A DNA stretch of 64,000 bases, taken from Octopus sinensis. Taxonomy: Eukaryota. Positions 13,322 to 25,975 of the stretch are shown here, one piece after another; position 1 is the first letter of the stretch; each line of letters starts with the position of its first letter. The notes under the pieces are model-generated. The model ran no database searches and had not been told where the DNA came from. It saw nothing but the letters and a program-made list of their open reading frames with translations. The stretch is from the NCBI RefSeq assembly GCF_006345805.1, contig NW_021835958.1, positions 1-64,000 on the forward strand, read 5' to 3'. The position numbers and the translations under genes were made by a program.

Positions 13322-13571
13322 CAGTGGTTCTCAAACAGGGTCCATATGGCCCTTTAGGGTTCTTATAAGATTTTGTTGTTAGAATTCATGTGTAATAAAT
13401 TTGTTATACTTCTACAATACATAAAATATTTTATTTTGTACAATTCCTAATAATATTTAATTACAAAAATATAATAAGATTTTTTTTAATATTGAATGGC
13501 TATGGGTGTCCATCTGAGTTTTAGATAGGAATCAAAGGGGTCTATAAGCAAAAAATGGTTGAGAACCACTG
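13322..13571. mobile_element. hAT (Charlie-like) MITE
   Basis: TIR CAGTGGTTCTCAA(A/C)C; flanks gttttgat / gtttagac (6/8, decayed 8-bp TSD); partial inverted copy at about 28660-28833. Confidence 0.75.
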
Positions 13572-14005
13572 GTTTAGACCTATGTCAGCCCTGATCAGGT
13601 AGATCTTTGATCAAAGTTGTTCCATCAATGCAATCTTACCTTTTTTTTCAAGCATACTGTATCTAATATTACATTTTCCAATGCATCCTTTTTTAGAGAG
13701 TGATTTGAGGGATATTTATTTGCTATTTTAGCATAGAGGCTCTTATGTTGGTTTGTTGTTATTGGTATTGTTGATGCAATAGTGATGCTGTGTTTCAAGG
13801 TTAATGTTATTAATCTAGTTCAGAATTTAATGATCTTTTCTACTACAAGCACTACACTTGAAATTTCAGTGGGGAGGGAGCTAGTTGATACTCAACTGGT
13901 ACTTATTTCAGTCACCTTGGTGGAATTTGAACTTCGAACATGAAGCCGGAAGAAATGCATCTAAGCATTTTATCTGGTATGCTAACGGTTCTTAATTATA
14001 ATAAT

Positions 14006-14373
14006 AACAAGAGCAGTCAGAGAGTGCAAACCTCCGCCAAGGCAACACCAACATCCTCTCAACAATTAGCCAGAGATGATTTTTAAAATGAGAAAATCCG
14101 AAATAAATTTGATTGCTCTCAGAAACAAGAATACTAAAAATGAACCCAACTGCTCTCAAAAATTATGTAAAAAAAAACAGAAAAAATAATCCAGAATCCT
14201 TGTCCAGTACTGGATTGATCCCAAAATCTAATCAGTTTGTGCCAGTCGTGAGGCCAAACATTCCTGAAAGTTTCATCTGAATCCATCCAGTGATTGTTGA
14301 AACATCTTGTCCACGGACAAACAAACAAGCACAACTGAGAACAATACCTCTACCTTTGCTAAGGCAGAGGTAA
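14006..14373. mobile_element. Helentron/HINE-like non-autonomous element (family D)
   Basis: Subterminal acctccgccaaggc near the left end; terminal hairpin acctctacc..ggcagaggt; second copy at 33099-33640. Confidence 0.55.
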
Positions 14374-14392
14374 TAATAATACTAATAACAAT

Positions 14393-14990
14393 AAAGGCCC
14401 TGATGCAGTACCAGGCAGTGGCTCTCGTGGTTTCTGATCTTAACTGATTGGAAGTGTTATCATGTACTTTGTTTTGTCTTGGTATAAAAGATGGGCTGCA
14501 GCAAATATTCTGCTCAACACCACAGATTTGCTTGTCAATTGTTTGACCTTAACCAGTTGAGCATATCCTTAAGTGGCTGATGATATGTGCACCTCTGATC
14601 ATAAGCAGAGTTGTGGGGCAGCATCATAGCCATGTATTGAGAGGGATTCTTTGGGGTATTTCGTTCAACATCCTTAAACAACCCTTATTCAAGGACCTTT
14701 TGAGTGGGATGGGTTACTCAACCAGAGGAAAATTCTAACTGGGCCCCACCTGCAAGGTCATTTGCTGTTTATCTTGTCGTGCACTTATGGTTGTTATGTC
14801 GTGCACTTATGGTTGTTATGCATGTGCACTTATGTCGTGCACTTATGGTTGTTATGCATGTGCCTAGTGTACCCCTATCAGATGGGTAGTCATGATGGGT
14901 ATACTGGGCTTCGTATATTTTACCCCAGTGTCACTTTGATGGCATGCACTGCTCTCTCACTCAATAATAATAATAACAATAATAATAATA
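14393..14990. mobile_element. Unclassified ~570-bp interspersed repeat (family E), copy 1
   Basis: Aligns end to end with 18998-19545; both copies sit between (TAA)n tracts. Confidence 0.7.
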
Positions 14991-15895
14991 AATGCTTGCA
15001 TGGTTTGGATGAAGTTTATTGAAGCAAATTTTCTATGGCTGGATGCCTTTCCCATCACCAGCACTTACCTGTTACCAAGCAAGGTAATATTTTTCCATGG
15101 CCAGGTATGTTTTGGCAGAATATTGGAAATGAATGACAATGCTTATATGAAGGTGATACTCATTTACAACTGACACATGATGTCAAGAGAAGCGGAGAGA
15201 GAGAGACACACACACACACTCACTGGACTTATTTCAGTTTCTATCTTCCAGGTCTATTCATATGGCTTTGGTCAACTTAGAGCTATTGTAGAAGACACAG
15301 TTAGACTGAACCCAAAGACATGTGGTTGGGAAGCAAACTTTCTAAACTCTATAGCTGTACTTATGGCTATGCCTGAATAATACCAACAACAACAGTAATA
15401 CCAATGATAATTCTTTCAAATTTTGGCACAAAGCAAGCAATTTTGAGGGAAGGGGGCAAGTCAATTACCCATCAACCTCAGTACTTAACTAGTTCTTATT
15501 TTATAGATCCCAACAACAGAAGGAAAAGTTGACCTCATTGTGATTTGATCGCAGTGTAAAGAGCCAGAAGAAATGCTACTCAGCTTTTTGTCTGGTGTGC
15601 TTAGGATTCTAACAGCTAGCAGTCCTAATAATAATAATAATAATAATAATAGTTCTTTCTACAAAAGGCACAAGGCCTGAATTTTGGTGAGAGGAGACTA
15701 GTCGACCACAGTGTTCAACTGGTACTTAATTTATCGACCCTGAAAGGATGAAAGGCGAAGTTGACTCAGCGGAATTTGAACTCAGAATGTAGTGGCAGAC
15801 GAAATACTGCTAAGCATTTCGCCCAGCATGCTAATGATTCTGCCAGCTTGCCACCTTAATAATAATAATAATGGTGATGATGATGATGATGATAT

Positions 15896-16364
15896 AAGAT
15901 GTGGGATTTTTAACATTCAGACTGACTAAGTGATATAAGCTAAAAGGCCTGATTTAGTAGTAGTAGACAAAGAGAATAGAAAATGCCAGATAATTGACTT
16001 TACAGTGCCAAATGATGAGAAAGTCAATATGAGAGTTATACAAAAAATAGCAAAGTACCTGGATCTAGCCGTTGAGTTACAAAGACTATGAAAATTGCAG
16101 GTAGAATATATCCCTGTAGTTATAGGTGCATTAGGAACTATCCCTAAAGTTTTGAACAGATGGATAGAGGAAATAGGTATAATACTTAGTTTAGTGCAGC
16201 TTCAAAAAACAGTGTTATTAAGGAAAGCTAGGATACTTAGGAAGTTTTTTGGGTTCTAACATTACTTGTTGTAGCCTAATGTTAGGAATTTTTCTTTTAC
16301 AACAGTTTAATCTGTTGTGCGTATATGAAAGAATAATAATAATAATAATGATAATAATAATAAT
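15896..16364 (+). mobile_element. 3' fragment of an R4/Dong-type non-LTR retrotransposon (restriction-like endonuclease domain)
   Basis: Degraded translation KMWDF..QTD...KRPDLVVVDKENRKCQIIDFTVP...KIAKYLDLAVELQRL...IPVVIGALGTIPK...LQKTVLL matches the PD..D RLE C-terminus of R4/Dong/Rex6; followed by (TAA)n. Confidence 0.85.
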
Positions 16365-16809
16365 GTGAGGTTTGTTATAGGTATAGTTTCTTATTTCATT
16401 CTTTCTTTGTAACTTCTGCCATCCTACTGTATTCTGCTTACGCCCGAGTTTCATTGCATCTTTAATAATCCTTGGTTATATCTGTATGCCAGAGAACTGC
16501 TAAACGGGGTTGGTTTTGCCTATATACTCTCACCACTGTAGCTTGTGACAGTCCCCCCAGTAATAACTGCTAAATATAGTCAGTTTAATATGTACTTTCT
16601 CACCACGGTACCTTTCTGCTACATCTTTAATAACCGTTGATAATAACTCTACTGAATACAATGATTAACCGACATCTCATTGCTTGCTGTAGTATTTCTT
16701 TTTTTTTTTTTCTCATCAATGTGTTCAGTTCAATTTATTCAAATATGTGTAACATCAGTTTCCATGCTAACGGATGATTAAATGTTTTATTTCCTCTCTG
16801 ATCTACTCT

Positions 16810-16874
<65 letters not shown>

Positions 16875-17613
16875 TCACGCATATGTGATTGCAGAGAATT
16901 GCATTTTTCAATGGAGCTATTGTAGAAAACCACTCATCTTGCAGGTAGCATAGCATTGTGTACCACACAACTCAGACATGTCAAGTCAGTTAATTGTGCT
17001 AGACTATATAGACAGTTTCTTTCCAGTTCCCAGCATCTTTTAGAATCTATCTTTTGCTTCCAGGTCTCCTTGACATAATGTTGGAGATGAGGGTAGTCTG
17101 TTCTTTTTTTGTTTCTGTTTTGGATTAGTTTTTTTGATTTTGCTTTTGTTACCATTTACTAAATTCTGATAAAATTGTACTGCATTTCTGTTTCTGATAT
17201 CATCTCTCACTCTACTATTACTTTAATTAATTTTAATGATAGTAATTAAGTAATTAATAAGAGACGATGATAACAATAATGGCAGTAATTAATAATTATA
17301 ATGATGGTAATGATAATGATTTCTAGTAACTGCATAAAGCCATGAATATTGAGAGAGAAATATATGTATTTGATAATATCAGCCTCCACTTCTGTCCCCA
17401 GTATTTGACTGGTACTTATTCTATTAACTTGCTGAGGGATATAATCAATTTAGTTGTCTCTATACTTGTACTTATTTATTCATTCCGGGTGGATTAACTC
17501 TGGATGGATTAAAGGCAAAAGACTGGATGCGATGGGAACACATGTAAAGGGACATAACTAAATACTGCAAAGCGTTTTGTTCAATTCTTTGCTGTGTCTG
17601 TCAATTCACAACC

Positions 17614-17649
<36 letters not shown>

Positions 17650-18997
17650 GTAATAATAATAATCTTTTCTACTCTAGGCAAAATGCCCGAAATTTTTGGG
17701 GTGGGGGGGGCAGTCGATTAGATCGACCCCAGTACGCAACTAGTACTTAATTTATCAACCCTGAAAGGATGAAAGACCAAGTCGACCTCGGCAGAATTTG
17801 AACTCAGAATGTAAAGACAGACAAAATACCGCTAAGCATTTTGCCTGGCGTGCTAATGTTTCTGCCAGCTCACTTCCTTAACAACAGCAACAACAACCAT
17901 AATAATTATAATGATGATGAACTTTCTTACATTAGTACTGTACTCAAATTTTTGAGGTCATAAATGTCCCAGTACAATCCCTGGTACTTATTTCTTTTTT
18001 AAACTTACAGACAGCATTTGAACATAGGAGGATGCAATTACCATATCTACTGTATAATACCCACTTTTGTATTATATGCAGACTGAGTTACAGGTTATGC
18101 CTGGAGAAAATATCTCTTGTAATATGCCCTTAGTTTTCTTCAGTATGGAAATATAAAAGAAAAATTAGTTAGATTTATTTTAATTGCTATATAAATACAT
18201 TGGGAAAGTTCACATATCCTGAAAGTGACCTTTGAACTTCACCAATGTGTGTCCTGAATTGTGAAGTCAATATTGTGGAAATTGTACATAAGTGTTATTG
18301 ATGTACATATTCAGTGTTGTTTACTGAAAATCATTTTATTTTCTGACTTTGGGTCAAAGAAAAAACAACAATGAAATCAGTAAAAGGATTACATTTCAAA
18401 TTATCAATAAGCATGGCTCTGTGGTAAGAAGCTTGTTTCTCAACCACCTGGTTCTGGGTTCAGTCCCATTATGTGGCATGTTAAGCAGGTGTCTTCTACT
18501 GTAGCCCTGAGCAGTTCAAAGCCTTGCAAGCGGATTTGGTAGAGGGAAAGAATGATAATAATTGTTACAAATTTTGGCATAAGGCCAGCAATTTTAGGGG
18601 TACAGTAAGTTGATTATATTGACCCCAGTGCTCAACTGGGGTTAATATTGTACTGAATATTTTATTGACCCTGTAAGGATGAAAAATGAAGTTGATCTCA
18701 GAGGTATTTGAACTCAGAATGTAAAGAGAGACAAAATACCACCAAGACTGGTGAAATTACAACTAAGCATTTCGCTGGGTGTGCTAACGATTCTGCCAAC
18801 TTGCTGCCTTAGTAATAATGATAATTATAATAATCCTTTCTGCTAAAGGCACAAGGCCTGAAATTTTGGGGGAGAGGTCTAGTCAATTACAGCAATGCCA
18901 GTGTTTCATTGGTACTTAATTTATTGACCTCAAAAGGATCGAAGACAAAGTTGACATTGGCGGCATTTCATATAATAATTGTAATATAATAACTATA

Positions 18998-19545
18998 TAC
19001 CCTGATGCAGTACTAGGCAGTGGTTCTCATGGCTTCTGATTTTAAATGATAGGAAGTGTTAACATGTACATATTTCATCTTGGTGTAAAAATTGGGTTAC
19101 AGCAAATATTCTGCTCAATACCACAGATTTGCTTGTCTGTTGCTTGACCTTAATCAGTTAAGCATATCTGTAAGTGACTGACTAAATGTGCATCTCTGAT
19201 CACAAGCAGAAGTCGTAGAGTAGTATCATGTGTTGAGTGGAATTCTTTGGGATTTGAATAATTCACATCAGTGTTTCATTCAACATCCTTAAACCACTCT
19301 TAGTCAGGGACCTTCTAAATAGTTTGGGCTACTCGACATGAAGAAAATTCTAACCAGGCTACATCTGCAAGGTCATGTGCTGTTTATCTTGATATGAGAT
19401 CGCTATGCCATGCACATATGGTTGTGATGCATGTGCCTGGTGTACCCTTATCAGACGGGTAGTTATGATAGATATATTGAGCTTCATATATCTGTACACC
19501 TGTGTCACTTTGATGGCATGTGCTGTTCTCTCACTCAATAATGAT
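18998..19545. mobile_element. Family E repeat, copy 2
   Basis: ccctgatgcagta...tctctcactcaataat, same ends as copy 1. Confidence 0.7.
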
Positions 19546-19580
19546 AATACTACTACTATTAATAATATTATTATTATTAC

Positions 19581-19620
<40 letters not shown>

Positions 19621-19902
19621 GCAACAGCAACAACTATTACATGCTATCACTATTTAGCAGGGATATTGTCTTGAGTCTTGGTGATGACATGTCTCCTCAA
19701 ATCTCAAGAATCTTTCTTCGGATTCTTGCAGGATACCTGATTGCTCTTTTCTGTGAGTTGACAATGCAAGTCTCAATTCCAATATCCTTCAGTCTCTTAG
19801 GTAGCAGTATCAACGTTGTGCCAAATGCATCATTACCACTGGACTAGTACTTCTACTACTATGGACCAACCCATGCTAGCATGGAAAACGGATGTTAAAT
19901 GG

Positions 19903-19938
<36 letters not shown>

Positions 19939-21696
19939 CTTTGTAGTACTAGTTGTATATTGTTCTGTCATTGCATAAGGGATTATTCGAGTGGATCTCA
20001 TCTCTTTGTGCTATTAAGTTTTTGTTTTTCCTTCAATATCTCTATTTCTGTCTTGTCTTTTAAAACCATATGCAGGAAGTTAGCATCTGTAATATGTTCC
20101 TCCTAGATTAATTTCATTGGAACCTTAAGGAGTGATATAATGATGGGTGATGGTGGTGGTGGTGGTGGTGGTGGTGGTGATGTCGACACTGGCTATGTTT
20201 GTATAGAAAGTGAGGGGTGCTGTTCTCCTACTGCCCTTCCCTTTTGTCTCTTTTCATCTCTCCCATCTCCACAGCTGTTTTTCTTGACAAGTAGTTTGTT
20301 CTTACTTAGAAATCTTTTCCAGAGAGTTTTTATTATTATTATTATTATTATTTTTGTTCTTTGATTGCTAATCTCACAGCTTTGTGTCATCTTTGTCTGC
20401 AGTGCTATCATAGTTATTCACCTGCATGTTGCGATGGAAGTGGGCTGCCTTGTTGATTGGCTGCCTTGTTGATTGGCTGCCTTGTTGTTAATTAATAGGT
20501 ACCAAACTAATGAGAGAGTCTCTATGCAGTTGCTGAACTTGCTAGAAATAGCAATCTTGAAACCCTTCAGATCTCACCCTAACTAACATCTTAAATAAAG
20601 AAGGATACGATGTGTGCAATGTAATCCCTAATAGACAGAAGGATGGTAGGTCTGTTTGGTTAGAGTAGGCCTGGTGTTAAATAACAACACGTACCATCTT
20701 ACTGCAAATATGGCAAAACCCGCATATCGGCAGACCTTACTAAGATATTCTTGTCTAACACATGGATTTCTATGTTCTGTGTGTGTATACTAGGCTCAAT
20801 GGTATCAACTGGCCTCCTTCCCCCAAAATTGTTGCAACTTGTGCCTAAATTAGGGACCATTATTATCATTATGCTATGTTTTGGTTTTGCTTTATTTGTG
20901 TTGCATCCAAGACTCAATTATTATCATTATTATTATTATTATTGTTATTGTTATTATTAAGGTGGCGAGCTGGCAGAATTGTTAGCACACCCGGTGAAGT
21001 GCTTAGCAGTATTTCATCCATCGCTACCTTCTGAGTTCAACTTTGCCTCTCATCCTTTCGGGGGTTGATAAATTAAGCACAAGTGAAAAACTGGGCTTGA
21101 TGTAATCAATTCATTCCTGCACCCAAAATTGCTGCCCTTTGGAAAAATTTGAAACCATTATTGTTATTGTAGTTGAGAGCTCCCTTCCCACAAAATTTCA
21201 GACCTCGGTAGACTGGATTGTTGCTGTTGTTGTTATGCATGTGTGTCTTGAAGACAGACGCACTTGCTGTCTGCTAGAAATAACAGCCAAATCTCCCTTG
21301 AATTAGACCCTTTTATCTTAAAACAAAAGGCTATATTAGGTAAAATGTATCCTAGATACAACATGTTTAAAAAAAAAACAAAAAAGTCCTGACAGCTTGT
21401 CTTTCTTTCATCATAGACCTGCTCAATTAGACACCTATTCTGTTCCCATGGTTACTTCCCTTTTCCCTGTGGTACCTTCAAGCCACAAGAGTGAATTTAT
21501 GACCTGTTTTCGTAACCCATTAATATAAGATCTTTTATCTTTTACATTTGTTATGACAAACAATTGTTTAAGGAAATCTTTATGTTCTCTTCTCTTTAAT
21601 GCCTTTGTTTTTAATATTGTTAATGTCTACACCTTCAAATTGTTTCTGTATTACTAATGGCTCCCAATTATTTTGTGATATCTTTTTTAACAACAG

Positions 21697-21874
21697 GTGT
21701 GTGTACGAGGGAACCACCGTTTTATATCATTACTGAATTTATGACCCATGGCAACTTACTAGACTATCTACGAGGTAGTAACAGGGAAGATATTGGACCA
21801 ACAGTTCTTATGTATATGGCGACACAAATTTCGTCAGGAATGGCATATCTAGAAGCCAAAAACTATATCCATCG
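21697..21874 (+). CDS. Abl: Abl kinase exon: hinge and Thr gatekeeper, [15 protein letters not shown]...KNYIHR
   Basis: caacag acceptor, gtaagt donor, 178 nt, phase 1 to 2; lies in ORF 21657-21878. Confidence 0.98.
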
Positions 21875-21927
21875 GTAAGTTAAGATACAGAGAATTCTTA
21901 CATATTGTAGTGTCTCTAATCAACCAA

Positions 21928-22145
21928 CCTCTTGCAGACAGGAAGTAGTACAGACTGCATTGAAACATAGTATGTGAGCAGTGTGACGTTTCACTCTGTA
22001 CAGCACTGTGTTTTCAAATATACCACAATGAGAAGAATTTGTAAATACACTGTAAAATTACTTGTATGAAAAAGTATGTTCTTACTGAATAGCCTAATAC
22101 CAGTACACAGCACACACTGTCAGTACTAAATCTGTCTGCAAGGGG
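21928..22145. mobile_element. TTAA-flanked MITE, family T3
   Basis: TIR CC(C/T)CTTGCAGACAG, TTAA at 22146-22149; second copy inverted at 49473-49694. Confidence 0.78.
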
Positions 22146-22377
22146 TTAAGCAAATAGCTACTGTATTTGATGGCAATATAAGATGCACAAACATGTTATC
22201 ATTTTCAGCACTGCATACTCGGAAGGAAGTGGTTTTAGTATATATTAAAGCATGTAATATAGGCCCATCCTTGTATATCAGACCCAGGGTGATTTGGTGG
22301 GGAAGGAGAATTTTTTTTTTTTTTTTTTTGAAAAAGTGCATCTATTTTGCTATCAAATATGGTAACTTACTGATCAA

Positions 22378-23023
22378 CCCTTCAGCATTTACATTACTCT
22401 TCCAAATGTTGTTGTTGGCATCCTTTTGTCTCGGGAGAAAATGGAGTTGCGCATAAACTAATCCAGCCTGGTTTTTACAATTCATGTCCTCTCCAGTTTT
22501 GCGCAGGCCTGGGCCAGATGTAAGAAAATCCTGGGTAGCCCAATAATCAGGATTCCTCTCTCGACCTTGCTGATGTACTCCAAAGGAGTGCAGAGCATTA
22601 CGTTTGGCACCAGCTTGGTTGCAGGAGCTGCCGGAAGAGTGTTGAGTTGAACACTAAACCGCCTATGGGGCTCCATTCCGGATTTCTTTGAAGGTTGTCT
22701 CCTTTCCGTAACCCTGGATAGGGGCCCATAATGGGTACTGTCAGCCAGAGCCAGCTGGGCCCGGGAATTGTGTCAGGAGGGTCGTGAAGAAAATCCCTGC
22801 CCACTACCTAATGTAAAGCTTATTTCCCCAAATGTAATGCTTATTTATTCACATTGATTTGAATGACTCATGCATTATTTTGTAGCTTTAACATTTCGAT
22901 GATGTGATTGGTTAGTTTTAGAATGACATAGTAGGGTAGGTATGAGAAGCCTGATCTAACCAGTTTGGACATAAAATGGGTAGATCATTTGGGCCAGATA
23001 TGGCCAGATTAAATACTAAAGTG
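22378..23023. mobile_element. Family T1 MITE split by a 418-bp nested insertion
   Basis: 22378-22409 matches the T1 5' end and 22828-23023 the remainder; degenerate TTAA flanks (TCAA / TTGA). Confidence 0.75.
22410..22827 (-). mobile_element. Non-autonomous retroelement with short (CAA)n tail, possibly RTE-derived
   Basis: GC-rich insert bounded by the direct repeat CCAAATGT (22402-22409, 22828-22835); minus-strand 3' end ...ggatgccaacaaca. Confidence 0.55.
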
Positions 23024-24279
23024 TTGAGTACACAAAGTGGAATAAGTTAGTTTACCATACAGAAAAGGAGAGCTCTACTGTTTTGGTCTGTGCTCTTCAT
23101 TGAAGGAAGAAGAAATTACGAACTATCTATTTGTCCTGTCATATCTCGGCACAAATAGATTCAGTAAAGTTTGCAATGTTGAAGATTTCAAATACTAAAA
23201 GAATAATAATGACCTTTAATTCTTTTCTATGTTATGAATTTGGATCCTGCTGCTGTACTGCCATCACTACCAAACTAACTACTCTGACCTTTACACATCA
23301 GTAATTCTCTTCTGTAGACCATCTAGGTCATTTGAAGTGTTTCCAGACTATTTCTTGAAATGCTGACTTACAAAATGGAGATAACTGTTCACCATATTGT
23401 AAAATTTATGCTTGCAGAAAAGAAAAGGAAAAAGAAAGAAAAATTTTTTTTTTAAAGTGGTGGGGGATGTCTGGTTTCTGTAGAAATTACCCTACAGTCA
23501 TTAGAATATTCCATTGAATTGCTGAATGAAGTCTTAATACACTGGTAAATGGTGGTAATTCTTCATATTGACTAAACAACTACATAATACTGATAAAACG
23601 GTATGACATGGAATAATAGAAGGTTCTAGACTAAGTAGCAGACTTGACATTGGGACCAATATTATTAACTAAAACACTTGGTGATGGTGTCACAGCGTAG
23701 CTTCTCTCCATTGACTGAAACTAGTAAAAGAATACATATTACAGATGTGGCTGTGTGGTAAGAAGCTTGCTTCCCAACCACATGGTTTTGAGTTCAGTCC
23801 CACTGCATGGTACCTTGGGCAAGTGTCTACTATAACCGCAGGTCAACCAAAGCCTTATGAGTAGATTTGGTTGGTGGAAACTGAAAGAATCCTGTTGTGT
23901 GTGTGTGTGTGTGTGTATTACACAGTCTCCTTGCCTTGACAGCGTCTGATAGTCGTAAATGAGTGTCAATATTACGTGGTGTACTTTGTTCCTAAGCTTC
24001 CGTAAAACATGTCTGGCCATGGGGAAAAATATTACCTTACTTGGAAAAAGGTTAGAGTTAGCAACAGGAAGTGCATCTGGCCATAGAAAATCTACCTCAA
24101 CAAATTTCATCTGACCTAAGAAGAAGATGATGATGATGATAGTACCATATACTCTGTGTGAGCAGTATTCGTAATGACATACATACACCTATAACATATA
24201 CACATTTATGAACACTAATTAGGCTGGCTAATTCTGTCACTAAAATTAGAACTATAATTAAATTTGAAATCATTCTGTT

Positions 24280-25905
24280 TGTTCGTTTACTGCAGACGAT
24301 GTCACCATTGTGGTGTTGGACGCCTCTGAAGTGGAGACAGTCAGCTCCATCCTAATGGAATATGAGTCGGTTGCAGGGGCTAAAATCAACGCCGACAAAT
24401 TGGTGCGTTTGCAGTTGGTCTCCTGGAGAGGCAGGATGATGCCATCTTTGGATGCTGGATTGATAGACCAGTTAAACTGCTTGGGGTCTGGTTTGGTCCC
24501 GATGTCCAGGTTGATAAGAACTGGGATGAGGTGGTGAACAGGGTGGCCAGTCTGAAAGGAAGCTGTCTCTGAAGGTCAGGCAAAGGTGGCGAATGCTTTA
24601 TGTCGCCTCTGTTATCATTTATTGCCTTACCATTGTGCCTTATCCTAGTTACTGCTTAACCAGGTTGGAGCATCTCTCATTTAAATTCTAATGGAAGGGA
24701 TGCATTCCAATGGTCAGGCAGTCAGTCTGTTGCCAGCATCCTCTGAGTGTTGGATTAGGTATGACATGGCTCCTAATGCGCAGACTTGATCTTAAGTTAT
24801 GCCACCTGAAACAATTTCTGGGTGGTGAATGTGTGTGGGCTCCATTTGTGAGGCTTGCCTTTCTGCAGCTCGTCTCCTTGACAGAACTGCAGTCCTGGGT
24901 GAAGAGATGACTGAGACTGGCTATCTGGCACCTAGAATGTCATCAGGAGATCACAGCTCTCGACAAGTCAGGCAATGGGATCGGTGGATGTTCTGCTTTA
25001 GAAGTTTATAGAGGATTAATGGCAGGGAGGTGTGACAACAATCTCGGGGAGACTCTGGGTGCTGATGAGAACAAACTGGCTAGTCTGTTCTAGAGGACTT
25101 TCTGGTTGGGAACTATCATGGATAATTTCCAGAGGTCCTTGGCCTGGCAGCGCTACCGGTTCGAGTTAAATTCTACAGGCACGGATGTGTTGTCAGATGG
25201 GCTTGTCCAAGTTGCACCCAGAGTGACAAAACTGTTCTGCATGCCCTCGTTCAGTGTCTGGACATTGCTGACTTTTCAGATTATGTCAAACAGCTGATGT
25301 CACGCGTGGGACTGATCTGTCTGTTGGCTGGGTCTGTAGTGATGATCGCACTGCCACCCTCCTTCAATCGGGCAGGCAAGGCAGTTTTCCTTTGCTTGGT
25401 GGCTATGGTGAAAGAGGTTGTTTGGTGGATGAAGCTGAAATGCATGAGGACAGATTCATTCCTCTTTGGTAGAGCTCTCATTGACATCTTCAAGTTTCAC
25501 TTGAAGAGGAAATCGAGAGTGGAGAGTGAAGTGCTGTTCTCGAGTGAGTTTACAGAAATGTAGGTGAAAGTTGTAAAAATGGCTAGAGTAGCCCTATGAG
25601 TTGGAGAGAAGGAATTGGAGAGGGCTCTTGAGGTTTCTGGGAAATTTCGGACAATAGGGTTCTTCAATTATCCCTAGAGGCCTTCCTGTATCAGGAGGGC
25701 CACATCTCTATCATCCTCCCTGTCACTTTTTCTTTTTGTGTGCTATGCATATATCCCTTCTTTTTCTGAATATACCATGTATACTTAATTTCTTTCTTTC
25801 TTTCTTTCCCTTTTCTTTACCATTTCATTATATGTAAACCCCCACACTTTATGTCTGTCTTTGTATTGTCCATCTCACCCTTCGCCCTTGTGGAAAATAA
25901 ATGAA

Positions 25906-25952
<47 letters not shown>

Positions 25953-25975
25953 CATTATTATTATTATTATTATTT
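24280..25975 (+). mobile_element. 5'-truncated L1/Tx1-clade LINE (RT C-terminal half, CCHC knuckle, 3' UTR, (ATT)n tail), degraded
   Basis: ADDVTIVV...EYESVAGAKINADK; CPSCTQSDKTVLHALVQC (25204-25257); FKFHLKRK; AATAAA 25896-25901 then (ATT/ATC)n; many stops and frameshifts. Confidence 0.85.

Noticed and set aside
14575-14610. Hammerhead ribozyme core (CTGATGA) in family E; also checked 23095-23130, 49451 and 55900-56045
   Set aside because: No stem II closed by GAAA in the required geometry.
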